From Auanema rhodensis (lineage: Eukaryota; Animalia; Nematoda), in contig OZ059897.1 in assembly GCA_964057225.1 (NCBI GenBank), positions 8,866,001 to 8,930,000 on the forward strand: a stretch of DNA of 64,000 bases, read 5' to 3'. Within the stretch, counting starts at the first letter, position 1; every line of letters starts with the position of its first letter. The notes under the pieces are model-generated. The model was not told the origin of the DNA. It did not search any database and was given only the letters and a program-made list of their open reading frames with translations. A program made the position numbers and the translations under genes. Shown in pieces: positions 1-12,627 of this stretch.

Positions 1-304
1 TCATACAATGCTTTATGAAAATTCATAAAAAAAGGATTAGAGAAACCATTAGGAAATCATTTTCTTTGATCATCATGTCGAATTCGTTGTTAAATGCAAT
101 TGTCAAAATGACTTGCGATGTCAAATTTCCAGGTGAAAATGGACGCGGAAATTCGAAAGAAATTGGGAACAAAGAAAAATATTTAAAAAGTTAAATCATT
201 AAATGATTAAAAAGAAAAACTCATTAGAGAATAGATTATAAATTGAAAATAAAATTTGAAAAAATTAAAACTAAAAGAAAGAAGAAGAAGAATAAGAAAC
301 TCAC

Positions 305-337
305 GTCGCCAGCGACTGACTCAAAGATGTCTGTCAT
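305..337 (-). CDS. Possible first coding exon (MTDIFESVAGD) of an unidentified minus-strand gene continuing left of the window
   Basis: AAAACATG at 337, 11 open codons, then a perfect GTGAGT donor (304-299) followed by a pyrimidine-rich intron-like tract; candidate acceptor ...CATCTGTAATAG about 23 nt upstream. Product not recognised. Confidence 0.35.
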
Positions 338-1054
338 GTTTTAAACCTCCAATTCAATTCTATTACAGATGAAGAGAGAGAAAGAGAGAGAGAGCTACTG
401 TCGTTGTTTCAGGATTACGATATCTGGGGCATAAAGATTCAAATTTCCAATTCTGTAAATTTAACTTTTCAATAAGACTATCGGCAAGAGGATGAAAAGA
501 TATAAACGACGAAAATTACTATAATTATATACATAAATAATACAAATTAAAGTTTAAGTTGTTGAAAGTAAAAATATTCAAATAATAATATAAAAAATAT
601 AAATTATTATTATTATTGTTTATACAACCATTCAATAACAATATTTTTGAAATAAATGAATTCTTGGAAAATGCGTGAAAACGTGAGCAATGTAGATGTA
701 TGCACGTGAAAACGTGTAATATTCAAAATAATAAAGTGAAAATGACATTTGAAAAATCCATATTCGCATTAAAATATATTAAAAGAAGATTATTGAATTA
801 TAAATATATAAATTATGATAAAATAATAATATAAATGATATATCTGAGTCATCATGTTTCAACACCTACATACATATATATATCAATAAAATATATTAAT
901 TAGATACAAAAAAATAATGAATAAGTAAAATAATATTTGAAATGAATGATGTAATTTAATTAATTGATTAAAGATAAGATAATATAATATACAATATTTT
1001 GAATGTTTTATAAATAAAATTGAAAAACATTAGTAACAATTTTTATAAACATAT

Positions 1055-1056
<2 letters not shown>

Positions 1057-1117
<61 letters not shown>
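1057..1117. repeat. (AG)n microsatellite
   Basis: Direct read. Confidence 0.97.
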
Positions 1118-1121
<4 letters not shown>

Positions 1122-2277
1122 TAGAATGAAAGACAGTTTTATATAAAGGAATAATCAAAAAAAGGCCGTCAAATTAGTGAATGATAAAATAGAATGAAAC
1201 TAAAATGTCCTTTTATGTAAAAAAATCAATAATGAAAAAATAAAAAAATATTGGTATATAATAATAGTTATAAAATTCTAATCATATAAATAGTTAGAAA
1301 AGGAGGAAAAAAAAAGAAAAAAAAAGATTCCATTCAAGCATATATAATCAATAATATGATAAGCACATATACGTATGTATTTGAGCATTAAAAAGTGAAA
1401 AAAAATGAGAAAAGTATGACAAAGATCAGGAAAAAATATAAAATATCTATAGGTATAAGGGGTAGAGGGGGGGGGAGAGGAGAAAGCTATGATGACTATG
1501 ATGATTATGATGATGATGAACAACAATACCGGCAAATGTATAAGGAACTATAATCATCGTATATGAACTGAACACATTTCTGAAGTGAATCAGACGAAGG
1601 ACGATGTTAAATTTTTATTGTTTTTTTTTACTCACACGATCATCTGTATTGGAACAAGCTAGAAGGCCATACAAGCCATCCTTTTTATTCTCTCTCTCTC
1701 TCGCTCTCCCTTTCTCTCTTTCTCTTTCTCTCTCTCTCTCTCTTTCTCTCTACTACCTGTGTTTATAATTTATGAAAACATTTCTACGAAATCAATAAAT
1801 TCTCTTCTACATCTGTTGCGCGTCAGATGAAGCTTGGCTGTCGTTGTGATGCTGTCTGGCTGTGGCTTGACGGACAACGACAAGGCAAGTGAGGTAGAAT
1901 AAAGCCTTAGAAGGTAAGCAATAGAATATTAAATGACAAAAATCTAAATAGATTAACATAGGGGATTACTTGAAGAATCGGAAGTCGGCTTGGTCAATGA
2001 CTACACGATGATGAAAAGAAAAAAAAGAAAAATTAATTACAGATATCATTCATTTAAACTTTTTTTATTCAAATAAGAATAATGTATTTAACGTGTTTGG
2101 CCTTGATCATCGATCAAAACTTCATTATCAACTGATTGAGAAAAAATAGAAAATAAGAGAATTCTGAATAGAAATTCTGATGACATGACCGAAATTAATG
2201 TAAGAAGGTCCTGTGCTGACTATTTAATAACTTAACTAACTCATCGGTAGCTTTTCGATTACTCAATACTCTTGAAT

Positions 2278-2279
<2 letters not shown>

Positions 2280-2348
<69 letters not shown>
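2280..2348. repeat. (CT)n microsatellite
   Basis: Direct read; source of spurious ERER/SLSL ORFs. Confidence 0.97.
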
Positions 2349-2350
<2 letters not shown>

Positions 2351-3903
2351 ATATTCTGTTCCATACTCACTCTCTGAGTCTCCTTTACTCAACTACTTAC
2401 TTTATCTCTTACTTGACTATTCTAGACCTTTGTCGCCTAACCTGCACCTGTCCATCATACGAACGCGAGAATGTATCAAGTTTCTTTTTTCATTCAACTA
2501 GATCTACATAACCTAAAAGCTAGCTTGACGCAAGAACGATCGGTGAAACTAAGGAAGAGTTTGTCGTGTTTCAACAACATTTCTTACAATCTCACATAGC
2601 TTGCTCACCAAAACATCACTGGATGATTGAGTCACTAACCTTCATCATGCTGAAATTTAAAAAAAGTTTAAAGCATTCCAGGAGATTCAAATAGATACAA
2701 AATTTGACAAAATAAAATGAAATATGAAAGAAAGAAAGAAGGCAGTGTAATGAACAGTAAGTGGGTGCCATCAACCGGAAATCAATCTTACAGGCAAGAA
2801 TAAGCTTGAAGATGGATGCAGCTGTTTCGTTTATACACAGACAAAATGAGAAAGAGCTTATTTGATGGAGAAGAGGGAATATGCCTCTTCAGACTAGTTC
2901 TCTCTTTCTTTTACAGATGAAGGGAGTACGATTGCCGGAAAAAATGGCCGTCATCCGGTCAGGAAATCTGAATCAAGTTGAAATGGGGACACGTCTAGAG
3001 TCTGTAGATCGTCTCTTCTCATCGACTCCAAGTCAATTATCATCCGGCCGACAAGCCGAGAAAAGCGACAGAAAAGTTGGCTAAGACGAAAAGCGAGAAG
3101 TTTAAAGGAAAAAGCGATCTCAAGCAAATATTGACATTGATCAGAAATGGATGGAGCATATTGAAGGATGGACAGTCAATGATTGAGACTTTGCTCATAG
3201 GGAGGGTGAGGATCATAGATAGATAGAGATAGAGTAAACGAATACAAGAGATTAATATCATTGGACAGCAGGGATAGGCACATACTCAAAGGTATCTCGT
3301 AAGCTTACTCTGCTTTCCTTTCCCAGACATCTCGTGATGATATGGAGAAATAGAAAGTAAGCTTCATATCTGACAGTTATGATTATTGAGCCTTTCAGTA
3401 GAAAGGACAGGATGCTTGGATTGAGAGAAAAAGCAAGTGAAACTGAGCTGAGAAAATGTAGCTTGTCGGCAAAAAAATAAGAAAAAAGATTGTCAATGTG
3501 TTATAAACAAATATTCTCCAAATAAGGCAATCAAATATAGGAAATTGTATTTGAAAAAGAAAAAAGTTGCAAAAAGCAAATGAAGAAATTATAAAAGAAC
3601 ATTTAGAATGAATAAGATATGACTTGAATCGTAAAAAGCACAAAGCAGGTGTCAGAGCAAGTCGAAAATCCAAGCTTGTTTTGGTTTATTGAGCAATTTG
3701 TAAGAAAGAAAATGCATCAGATAAGATAAATAGTTGTTAACAGAAAGATATATTATCATTTCTTACGTTAAGATATATGATTTACTTGAAAATGCTATAG
3801 AAAAGCTTGAATCAAGAGTATGAAACAAGGGATAAAAATTGAAAGAAGGACGTCTGTTCCAATAAATTTTATTTGAGAAAAATAAAAGTTAAAATAATTC
3901 AAA

Positions 3904-3934
<31 letters not shown>

Positions 3935-4523
3935 TAATATAATCAATAACATATATTCAATTTTTTTCTTTTCTTTTTGCTCTTTTTGATGAAAAAAAAT
4001 AATCGATAGTTGCTCAGTCTGATTTTTATATTACAAAGAAAGGAAGAAAACACTAAATCTTCTTAAAAGTCTATTTCTAAGCATATATATATGTATATTG
4101 ACGATGTAAATACAAAAAAAAACTTCAGCTGTTCTTGCACAATAACCTAAAACAATTGAAAATGAGGAGCATGACGGCGACGGTCGTATGACGTGACAGC
4201 TACACGTCAACAGTACGTCGACGACGTGATTCGCTCTTCGGCTGTCAGGTTTCATTTTTGAATCAGTATGTCAGCAGAATGGTTGATTTTTGTGAACAAA
4301 CGTAGCATTTAACTTTAGAACTGCTCGGGCTTTAACATATTTCTATATGTTTTTGTAGTTTTTTATGTTCATGCCATAGAGAAATTGCCGACGACACATG
4401 AATAAAGGATAGGTAGAGAAGAGAAAAACAACATAAGTAGCATATTCAGGTTAATTTTGGAGTTCACGACATATATAATATATGAAGAGGATAGTAAGTG
4501 AAGAAGTAAAGAGGGAAAGTGAT

Positions 4524-4524
<1 letters not shown>

Positions 4525-4578
<54 letters not shown>

Positions 4579-4593
4579 GAGGGGGGGGGGTGG
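4525..4593. repeat. (AG)n microsatellite followed by a poly-G tract
   Basis: Direct read. Confidence 0.95.
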
Positions 4594-5023
4594 ATAGATT
4601 AAAGTTCTTCCTTGCAATAAAAGCTTGTTTGTAATGAATTTGAAAAAAAAATATAAAAAGGATCAGCGTTAGACAGTTGCTGAAATGGATTTGTTGTGGT
4701 CTTCTCAGATTACAGCAGTTTTGATAAAACAGAAAAATGATCATTCTGACCGGAAAGCATGACATTTCGAAGAATAAAAATTAAAAAATGAATGTTGAAT
4801 ATTCTAAATGAACTGTCGTTAGATCATGAAGATATCTTCAGGGCTATAAGGATAAGTAGATGAGTGAAAGAAAATGATTCTATCAAGAAACAAGGATGGA
4901 TAACTAGAACCTCAAAAGAAAGTCAGAGATGAGGATAAAAGAAGAGAATTTGAGAGATAGAGAGAAAAAGAGAACAAAAGAAAGTTCATGTTGTAATATT
5001 GTCATGATATCGTGAGAGGGGTA

Positions 5024-5025
5024 GA

Positions 5026-5082
<57 letters not shown>

Positions 5083-5103
5083 AGAGAGAGAGAGAGAGAG
5101 AGA
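5024..5103. repeat. (AG)n microsatellite, imperfect
   Basis: Direct read. Confidence 0.95.
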
Positions 5104-7061
5104 AATGAAAAGAGGGGATGCCGAGAGTAAATCTAAGAAAACTAGAAGACGTTGAATATGAAAAGTATCATTGAAATGATCGAAAGAAATAATGAGAAAT
5201 AGAGAAAATATGATTTATATGTATACAAATATAATGTTAGACAAACACATGAAAAAACATATGAAAAAGAGAAATTTCAAATACTAAACCGATGGACATT
5301 GAATTGAACTGATGGTTTGATCTATCATTTTACTTTAAATAAACGAAATACAAGATAGAAAAATGAATGATTAACAACTAAATAAATGACAAGAAAATTG
5401 GAAAAGTGGAAAAAGAATAAATATCGGAAAGTATGATATGTTTACCTCCTCTCAACAACAATTCCAGTCCAGAGCAATGATAGATCAAGAACAATCCAAG
5501 AGTTTGCATGTGTCAAATGCTTGCTCCGATTGGTAAACTGACCAATGAGATAGAAGAAGCATCTAAATGTGGAAAATTCAAGATGCAACTTTTGAAATTC
5601 TGAGAGAATGAGGAAAGACAGATAGAGAATGAGATGAGAGTGCATTGGAACACGGCGGCTCAATGATGCAGGTTAGAGGAAGCTGTGAAACTTGATCAGA
5701 ATAATTCATAAGTTATCAGTGGCACCTGATACAAGATGAGCCATGTCAACCACATCTATAATGCAATTGAACAGACGAGAAGACAGATGAGAAATGATAG
5801 ACAACCGTTCATATTACATCAGAGACAAGGCGATGAATAAAAATTGAATCATTGAGAACGGCATTTCACAATTCAAAGATGAAAGATTTCTTCAACAAAA
5901 GTAGAGAAATGGAGGATCAACGACAAAATTTGGATAGATTGTGTGTGCATCATCCACAGAATTCTTAACATGGTCACATAGCTTGTACGCTAATCGCTTA
6001 AAATGAGCTGTGAACCGAGACAATGCTTCAGAAGCAATAAAACGGCCCATCAAGACCTTCAGATCGCTTTTTGCTGTGGCGGCCAGATGTTAAGTTTTCG
6101 CTTCGAATGCTATTTAAACGCACAATGAGCTCATTCCTTGTTCTTCGTTCGCTTCTGTGTGTCTCATGATAGTTTCACCAATTCAATTGACATCTCAAAC
6201 TTTTATTTAATCGTCTTATAAGGAACATAAGACAAATCAATAATCAAAAATATACAAAATATCTGAAGAAATTGGAAAAAAAGACGAATTTACCTAATGA
6301 AATTTCAGAAAATATTGTTGTAAATTCAAGAGTGCGAGAATAATTCGTCAACTAGCTAGACACCAAATGCGCGAAATTAATTGAGAGCCTCAAGTAATTC
6401 ATCAGATGTTGTAATAAGTAGATTTTCTGATATTCAACTAGTACATAGATGACATATACTAAATTATTAAATTGTTTAAACATTAGCTTTAAGTTGCAAC
6501 TTGAAACAAATAATTATTTTTATATTAATCATCTAAGATCCAAAAATAGTAGGATGAAGTTGTTAAGTAAAATATAATAGTATATATACATATACAATTA
6601 TACGTATAGTTAGTATATATTAATGTCAAAATAGGAGAAGGAGTTCAATATATTTTCAGAGAGCATATCATGTTGCACAAATATCAAAGTATATACAGAA
6701 ATTCGTCCTATTCTCTTGAACGAAGTAAAGGTAATGGGACTAGTCAAAGAGAAACTAATACATGGACGCATATATCACATCAAATAAAAGCTTTAAGAGT
6801 AACAGAACAGAGAAATCAAATAAATTATTGAAAAGGTAAAAAAGAAAATATTCAAAAAAACAACAACAAAAGAATAAACAAAGTAAGACAAAATAGAAAA
6901 CAGTTCAAATTTGAAAAGAATTGCTGGACAAGTTGAAGCCAGAATCAGACTACCGCAAAGAGTTGAGGATAAGCAGAATTGAGCAAATAGTCGAAGAAAA
7001 AGTGTGAAAAGAGAAAGTCCTCAACAGAAATTTTTGTGGGAGAAAGGGCGACGTGAAGAAA

Positions 7062-7066
<5 letters not shown>

Positions 7067-7108
<42 letters not shown>
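7067..7108. repeat. (AG)n microsatellite
   Basis: Direct read. Confidence 0.95.
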
Positions 7109-7112
<4 letters not shown>

Positions 7113-9105
7113 AGAAGAATCTGAGGGTGTTGTGTCTGTCTATGTTTTTTCAAAGAAAAAAAAGAGCAGAACGTTAAAAACACATAAGTTTAAATGAATA
7201 ATATATATTATGAGCAAAAAATAGCTCACAATTACGAATAAACAAAATATTAGGATTATAGAAGCAATATAATATTTAAAATTTTGGAAAGTTCAGTATT
7301 AATTGGTCGGAATTATCAATATTAGTGACTTTGAGGTCATTGAAATTCTTATCAGTCTTGTGGCATTACTAGACAGATAACTGTGGACAATCAGTTGAAG
7401 TTAAATACGCCCTGAGGGAGTTGAAACAGATTTATAGGATGAGCGGAAAGAATGAGGATGTACTTAATCATTCCATTGTCTCTTCTTCCGGCTTTTCCAT
7501 ATTCAGTCATGACCAGCAGTCAGAATGTTCAGGCAAATAGCTGAATGGGCAAAGAAGACATGATGAAAAACGTTTTTTTTCTCCAAAAATTACCATTGAT
7601 GTGACAAGATATGATAAATATGTGTCAATACCCTAAGGGATTGGCTTATATTTGGATGAAAAAAGTAAAAGACAGCATATAAAATGAAAAATATGCTTGT
7701 ACTACGTAAAAAACAAGCAAAATAGACTAAAATCACATACATGCATACATATCATGTAGCATGTAGGTCAGGTTCAAATGTTTCATCGAAAATAAAAATG
7801 AAAAAAGAGTTTTAAAATTGAAACGGAAAACAGAAATGTTTCAGATTAAAGAAGAGAAAAAATGGATAGAATGATAAAATAAAATTAAAACATTTGTATT
7901 GTCTCTAGGTTATAGAAAGATAGTAACTATTGACATGCATAGGATGGATATAGAAGAGAAACTGCGAAACTTTAAAAAAGAAAAATAGAGAATCAGAGTA
8001 GAAGAATAGGTGAGACAGCGAGATTACATAAAATTTGTGACGCTCATGTAATTACAGTTCGCCAAAGCTAGTTGCCCCTCGGCTATTTCTCTGGAAAGAA
8101 CACCAAGAAACTGTTGAACTGTGAGAGAAAAAGAATATAAAAGTGGGCATGGGATCATTGAAATAAAGAGAGACAGATAGAAGTGGTAAGAGAGGGGAGA
8201 AGAGGACAGAGAGAGAGGGAGAGGGAGAGAGAGAGAGAGAGTGAGAGAGAGGGAAAGAAGAGCGATTAGAGGGTTGAAAGTTGGGTAGACGAGGCAAAAC
8301 AATCACACAGTTCACACTATTACCGGTTTTCCGACCTAGTCCCGTTGATCAACTTCCACGAGACAACATACGAACACCATAGCCAGCTGATGCTGGCAGT
8401 TCTTGTCGTTGAGACAAGTTAAAGTTTAAAAAAAGTGAATATATAGATAGGAAAAGTTGTGCAATAAAGACTAGCAATGGTGCTGTTCAATAAACGATAT
8501 AATCCTACTGCGCGAATAAAAAAACACAAGTCAGCCATGGATGAAGTGCATTTCGAAACAAAAAAAAACATCAAAATGATGCTCGTTTCAGCATTTCCCA
8601 ATGCTGACCGTAAATGGAGAATCAAATATGCAAATTTCGAATTTCAAATGGGCCAACTGAGACTGACGATAGCTCGAGAAACAGGCACACAGAGAATGAG
8701 TAATGTGTTTGAGTCAATGATGAACCTGCTTGATGCGACTACTCTATCTCCCTATTGTCTTCAAGCAGTTAAACGAAAAAGAATAAAATAGAAAGAACTG
8801 TGAATATAGCTCTTCAAGAGAATCATCCTGTTCATTTTCTTAAAAAAAGATTCTGATTCACCGTATCATAAAACTTCATGTATCAGATGAAAGTAAAGAA
8901 GCATGCTAATGATGTTTTCTAAACAACAGGGTGTAAGTGAAAACTATCAAATACAAAAGAATATTTTGATAAATAATTATATAATACATCTAGTTTCTTA
9001 TTAAAATGAAAAGTTTATGAAAAATAAATAAATAAATTACTATAAGACGCATAATAAAGCTGATTAACAAAAACTTGTTAAAGTAGAATAGTATACATGC
9101 TTAGA

Positions 9106-9139
<34 letters not shown>

Positions 9140-12100
9140 CAATCAAATTGTGTCATATTAAGTATCAGATAAGACATGCAAGTGCTAACAAAACTTTCAA
9201 ACTGTTGTGGATGGCAATCTGAAGACAAACAGGTCGATGTATTCACGTCTCTCTGATCGACGATACAAAAAACATTTGGAGACAGAGGAAATATCTATAT
9301 GTATAGTTAAAGCTTCTACACATACTTTCCAATGCATAATTAAAAATATAATTTCGTTCTTTTCTCAAAAATCAATGACAAAGATGATTGTTGTTGAATA
9401 TCTGTATGTATATATGACTAGAAGAGTGAAGACGGCATAGTCATTGAAGATGAAAAGAAGATGTTTCAAATCTACTTGAAAGACAACCTTTGAAGATTTC
9501 GAAAGAAGAAGCCAGCGAATTCTTGTCACTGATTATCATTTGAAATTGATTGATTCTAATTAAAATTTGAAAATTATTGGCGACAGATAATGAAGTAATA
9601 ATAGAGTTGCAAGTATACAATTGCAAGTATAAGCACAAATAATTTAGTTTTAACTCTATAAGCAAACAGATATTATCGAAATAGCTATCGTTTTTTTTAA
9701 ATTTTTATTTCTATTGAAAAATAAATATAATTGACCGAATAGACATAAATGAATTGTGAAATGCTGCGTAGCAATATTAAAATTTCTAACGATCTTTCGT
9801 ATTCAAACCATGAGGTCCACCTGCCGACGTCACAACTCTAAGGAAAGAAGGCGGTGTCCTTGGGAAACAAAAACGGCATATGAAGGCCATTTGTTAAAAA
9901 GAGAAAAAAAAAGAAATTTCTGTGTATATAGAACTGTCTAAGAGAACATACAAGTGGCATCTGAATTCCGTTCGACAGAACTCATTGAATCTCGATGGAG
10001 TTTTAGAAGGACCGAAGTAAAGGACAGTTGAAGGTAAGATGTGTTCGAAAAATAAAAATAATAGGTGAGGCCGAAACATAAAGTAGATTGCAAGATAGTC
10101 ATAAGGAACAAAAAGTATATATAACTTGAGTAGACTAAGAGCATTTTAAGAATATTAGGAAGTAATATACATATGAATGTAGAGATCTTTATGACATACT
10201 AGATGTTAAAGCTTAAAATTTGAAAGAAATAAGGCGTAAATAGACAATAAACTATGCGCCAGCTTGAGTTATACACATCTATCAAACTTGCTTGTTTTAT
10301 CCTTTAACATGTTGTTTGTCGATAGAATGTATCTATATAAACATATTCATAACTAGGAAACATTTCTATCAAGTAGAAAAGCTTGAACATGGTACTAACA
10401 ATGGATCAAACACAATTAATATGCAAATTAGTTTGATCATTAAGACTTGAGTTAAGCTGAACTTATTTCAATAGCCAGAAAGCTGATAAACTATGCAACA
10501 CACTTAAGTTGAATCACTCAGATATTCTGGTCAATAAAGCACGAAGAACGATATACAAGTTTCCAAGAAAATGGAGAATATAGCCACTTTGACTTTGCAG
10601 ACATGAGTAATAGTCTCATACAAAATAGGAGAAAACGACGAAATGTGCGTCTCATAGAGAGATCATCAGATAGCTAAGTAATCTCTATTATATATCTGCC
10701 ACAGTCTCTTTCCTGAGATCAGAAGCAAAAATAGAATACAAGAATAAGAGTTTACAAGACATAGCAAGTAGTATAATCCACCTGTTATGACGATTGGATG
10801 GCATCATAAAAAGGGAAATTAGTCAGTGAGATAAGAACTAGAAAGAATATAGAGATTGATTGTAATTACGGTCTCATCCATACAAAATCACTCAAAGTTT
10901 AGATTTAAGGTAAAGAAGAAAGGAACATCGCAACAACAAAATCAAATAGTCAGCTTTTACATGTAAATACATACTTTTTCATCAAAGAATCTCAACAAAA
11001 TTTTGGACAGCAAATTCCATGAAGACTCAGCACGGATATAACATGGGGGAAATTTACGAAATAAAGAACGAATCGTTTGATTTAAACTACAGATTAAGAA
11101 CGTGTACCAATTCGTAAGAATTAGAAAATATGAAGAAAGTCTTTAAAAAGTTCAGGTGAAACCATAAAAAGCCTTTTCTAACACTTTAATATTATAGACA
11201 AATAAAAAATGATGATCTTCTTGTCGATTGAAGGACGATACATCCACAACATGATCAAGAATGCTACTCGCACATGCTTCGATTGTCGATTTAACGTGAA
11301 AAGACGCCACCCAGTTGCTAGATGAGGATGTATTGAGCCTGTGGATGACCTCTGTGTGCTGTACCTGATTGCTACAGACGCCTGCTCATTATGGATATTC
11401 TTACCTGCCGCGTCGCGTGAGTCATGCGTTCTGCGCGTCATGCTCATCCATCTCTTATTATGGATAACCTTTCAAGTTATTCAAGGACTCTTGGTCGTAT
11501 GTTTATATAACTGTATAGAGAATCCGGAAATTGTTTTAGCTGTGTTGAGTGTATATGAATGCTTAATGAGAAATTTTCATAAAAAAAAGGTATTTCATTA
11601 GAGAGAAATAATATTTGTAATAATTTGCATTAATTATAATCTTTCAATAATGAAATCTTTATATATATTTCCCGAAAAAAAAAGAAAAATCTTGAAATAT
11701 TTCAAGAATATTTTTCGAAATCTGTAAAATAAAAAACAGCTGTATGAACCATAATTTGTGATCATAATCTAAAATTCTACTCGCACTATATGTTGAAGAG
11801 CTAGAAGTAACAGATATAGCAGAAAATGGTTCAATGATAAATTGCTCATCCCTTAGGGATTGTTATTCAGAAAAATCGAAAATTTCTCCAAAATCTAAAC
11901 TTGGCACCCTTACTCCCCAATGGAATTGTCACCGACTTTCCGAGTTGGAGACAAAACCATTTATAAGGCTAACGTGACTGTTTGCTTCACGATTTTCCGT
12001 AAAATAAAATAGAAATTTTTTTCAAACTTTCAGCATGTTTCTTAATGTTTCTTTGTCACACAAAGCTGTGTTGCCATGTCGATTCAAAGTTATGATGTTA

Positions 12101-12627
12101 GCCCCCAAAGTAGTTCTCATTGTTTTTGAAGTTATCTCTCAGTTGTACTCAGCTACATCTGAACTCTGTTTCAAACAAAGTTTATAAAACCTTAACGTGC
12201 ATATTTATTGGAATCGAATTACAAATCGATTGATAATACTCACAAACTATTATTATATTTGTAAATATTACGCTCCCTAGAATAAAAAGAAATACAAACT
12301 TCTACATAATGCAAAGTTATATTAATATATAACTCAATATGAGGAAAATAGCGCTCTAATCATATTTCTTTAACCTTCAAGTTGAAATAAATCTCTAATT
12401 TGAGGGTATTAAATATGCAAAAAAACATTTTATGTTGTTCAAAATGATAATGAATACAGAGCAATCCCTGAGCTTCTTGGAGATCATCAATAAAAAGTTC
12501 CCTGAGAATACAATCACAACACAGTAAAATGACACAAAGAAATTCGACGTGATCCTAAGAAAAGTGTAAAAAACAGTTAATTTACAGGCATAATAAATCA
12601 AACTCTGAATATAACATTTGTACATTT

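Noticed and set aside
1890-1911. TGAGGTAG let-7-family seed
   Set aside because: The rest does not match let-7-family sequences and no complementary star arm is nearby.
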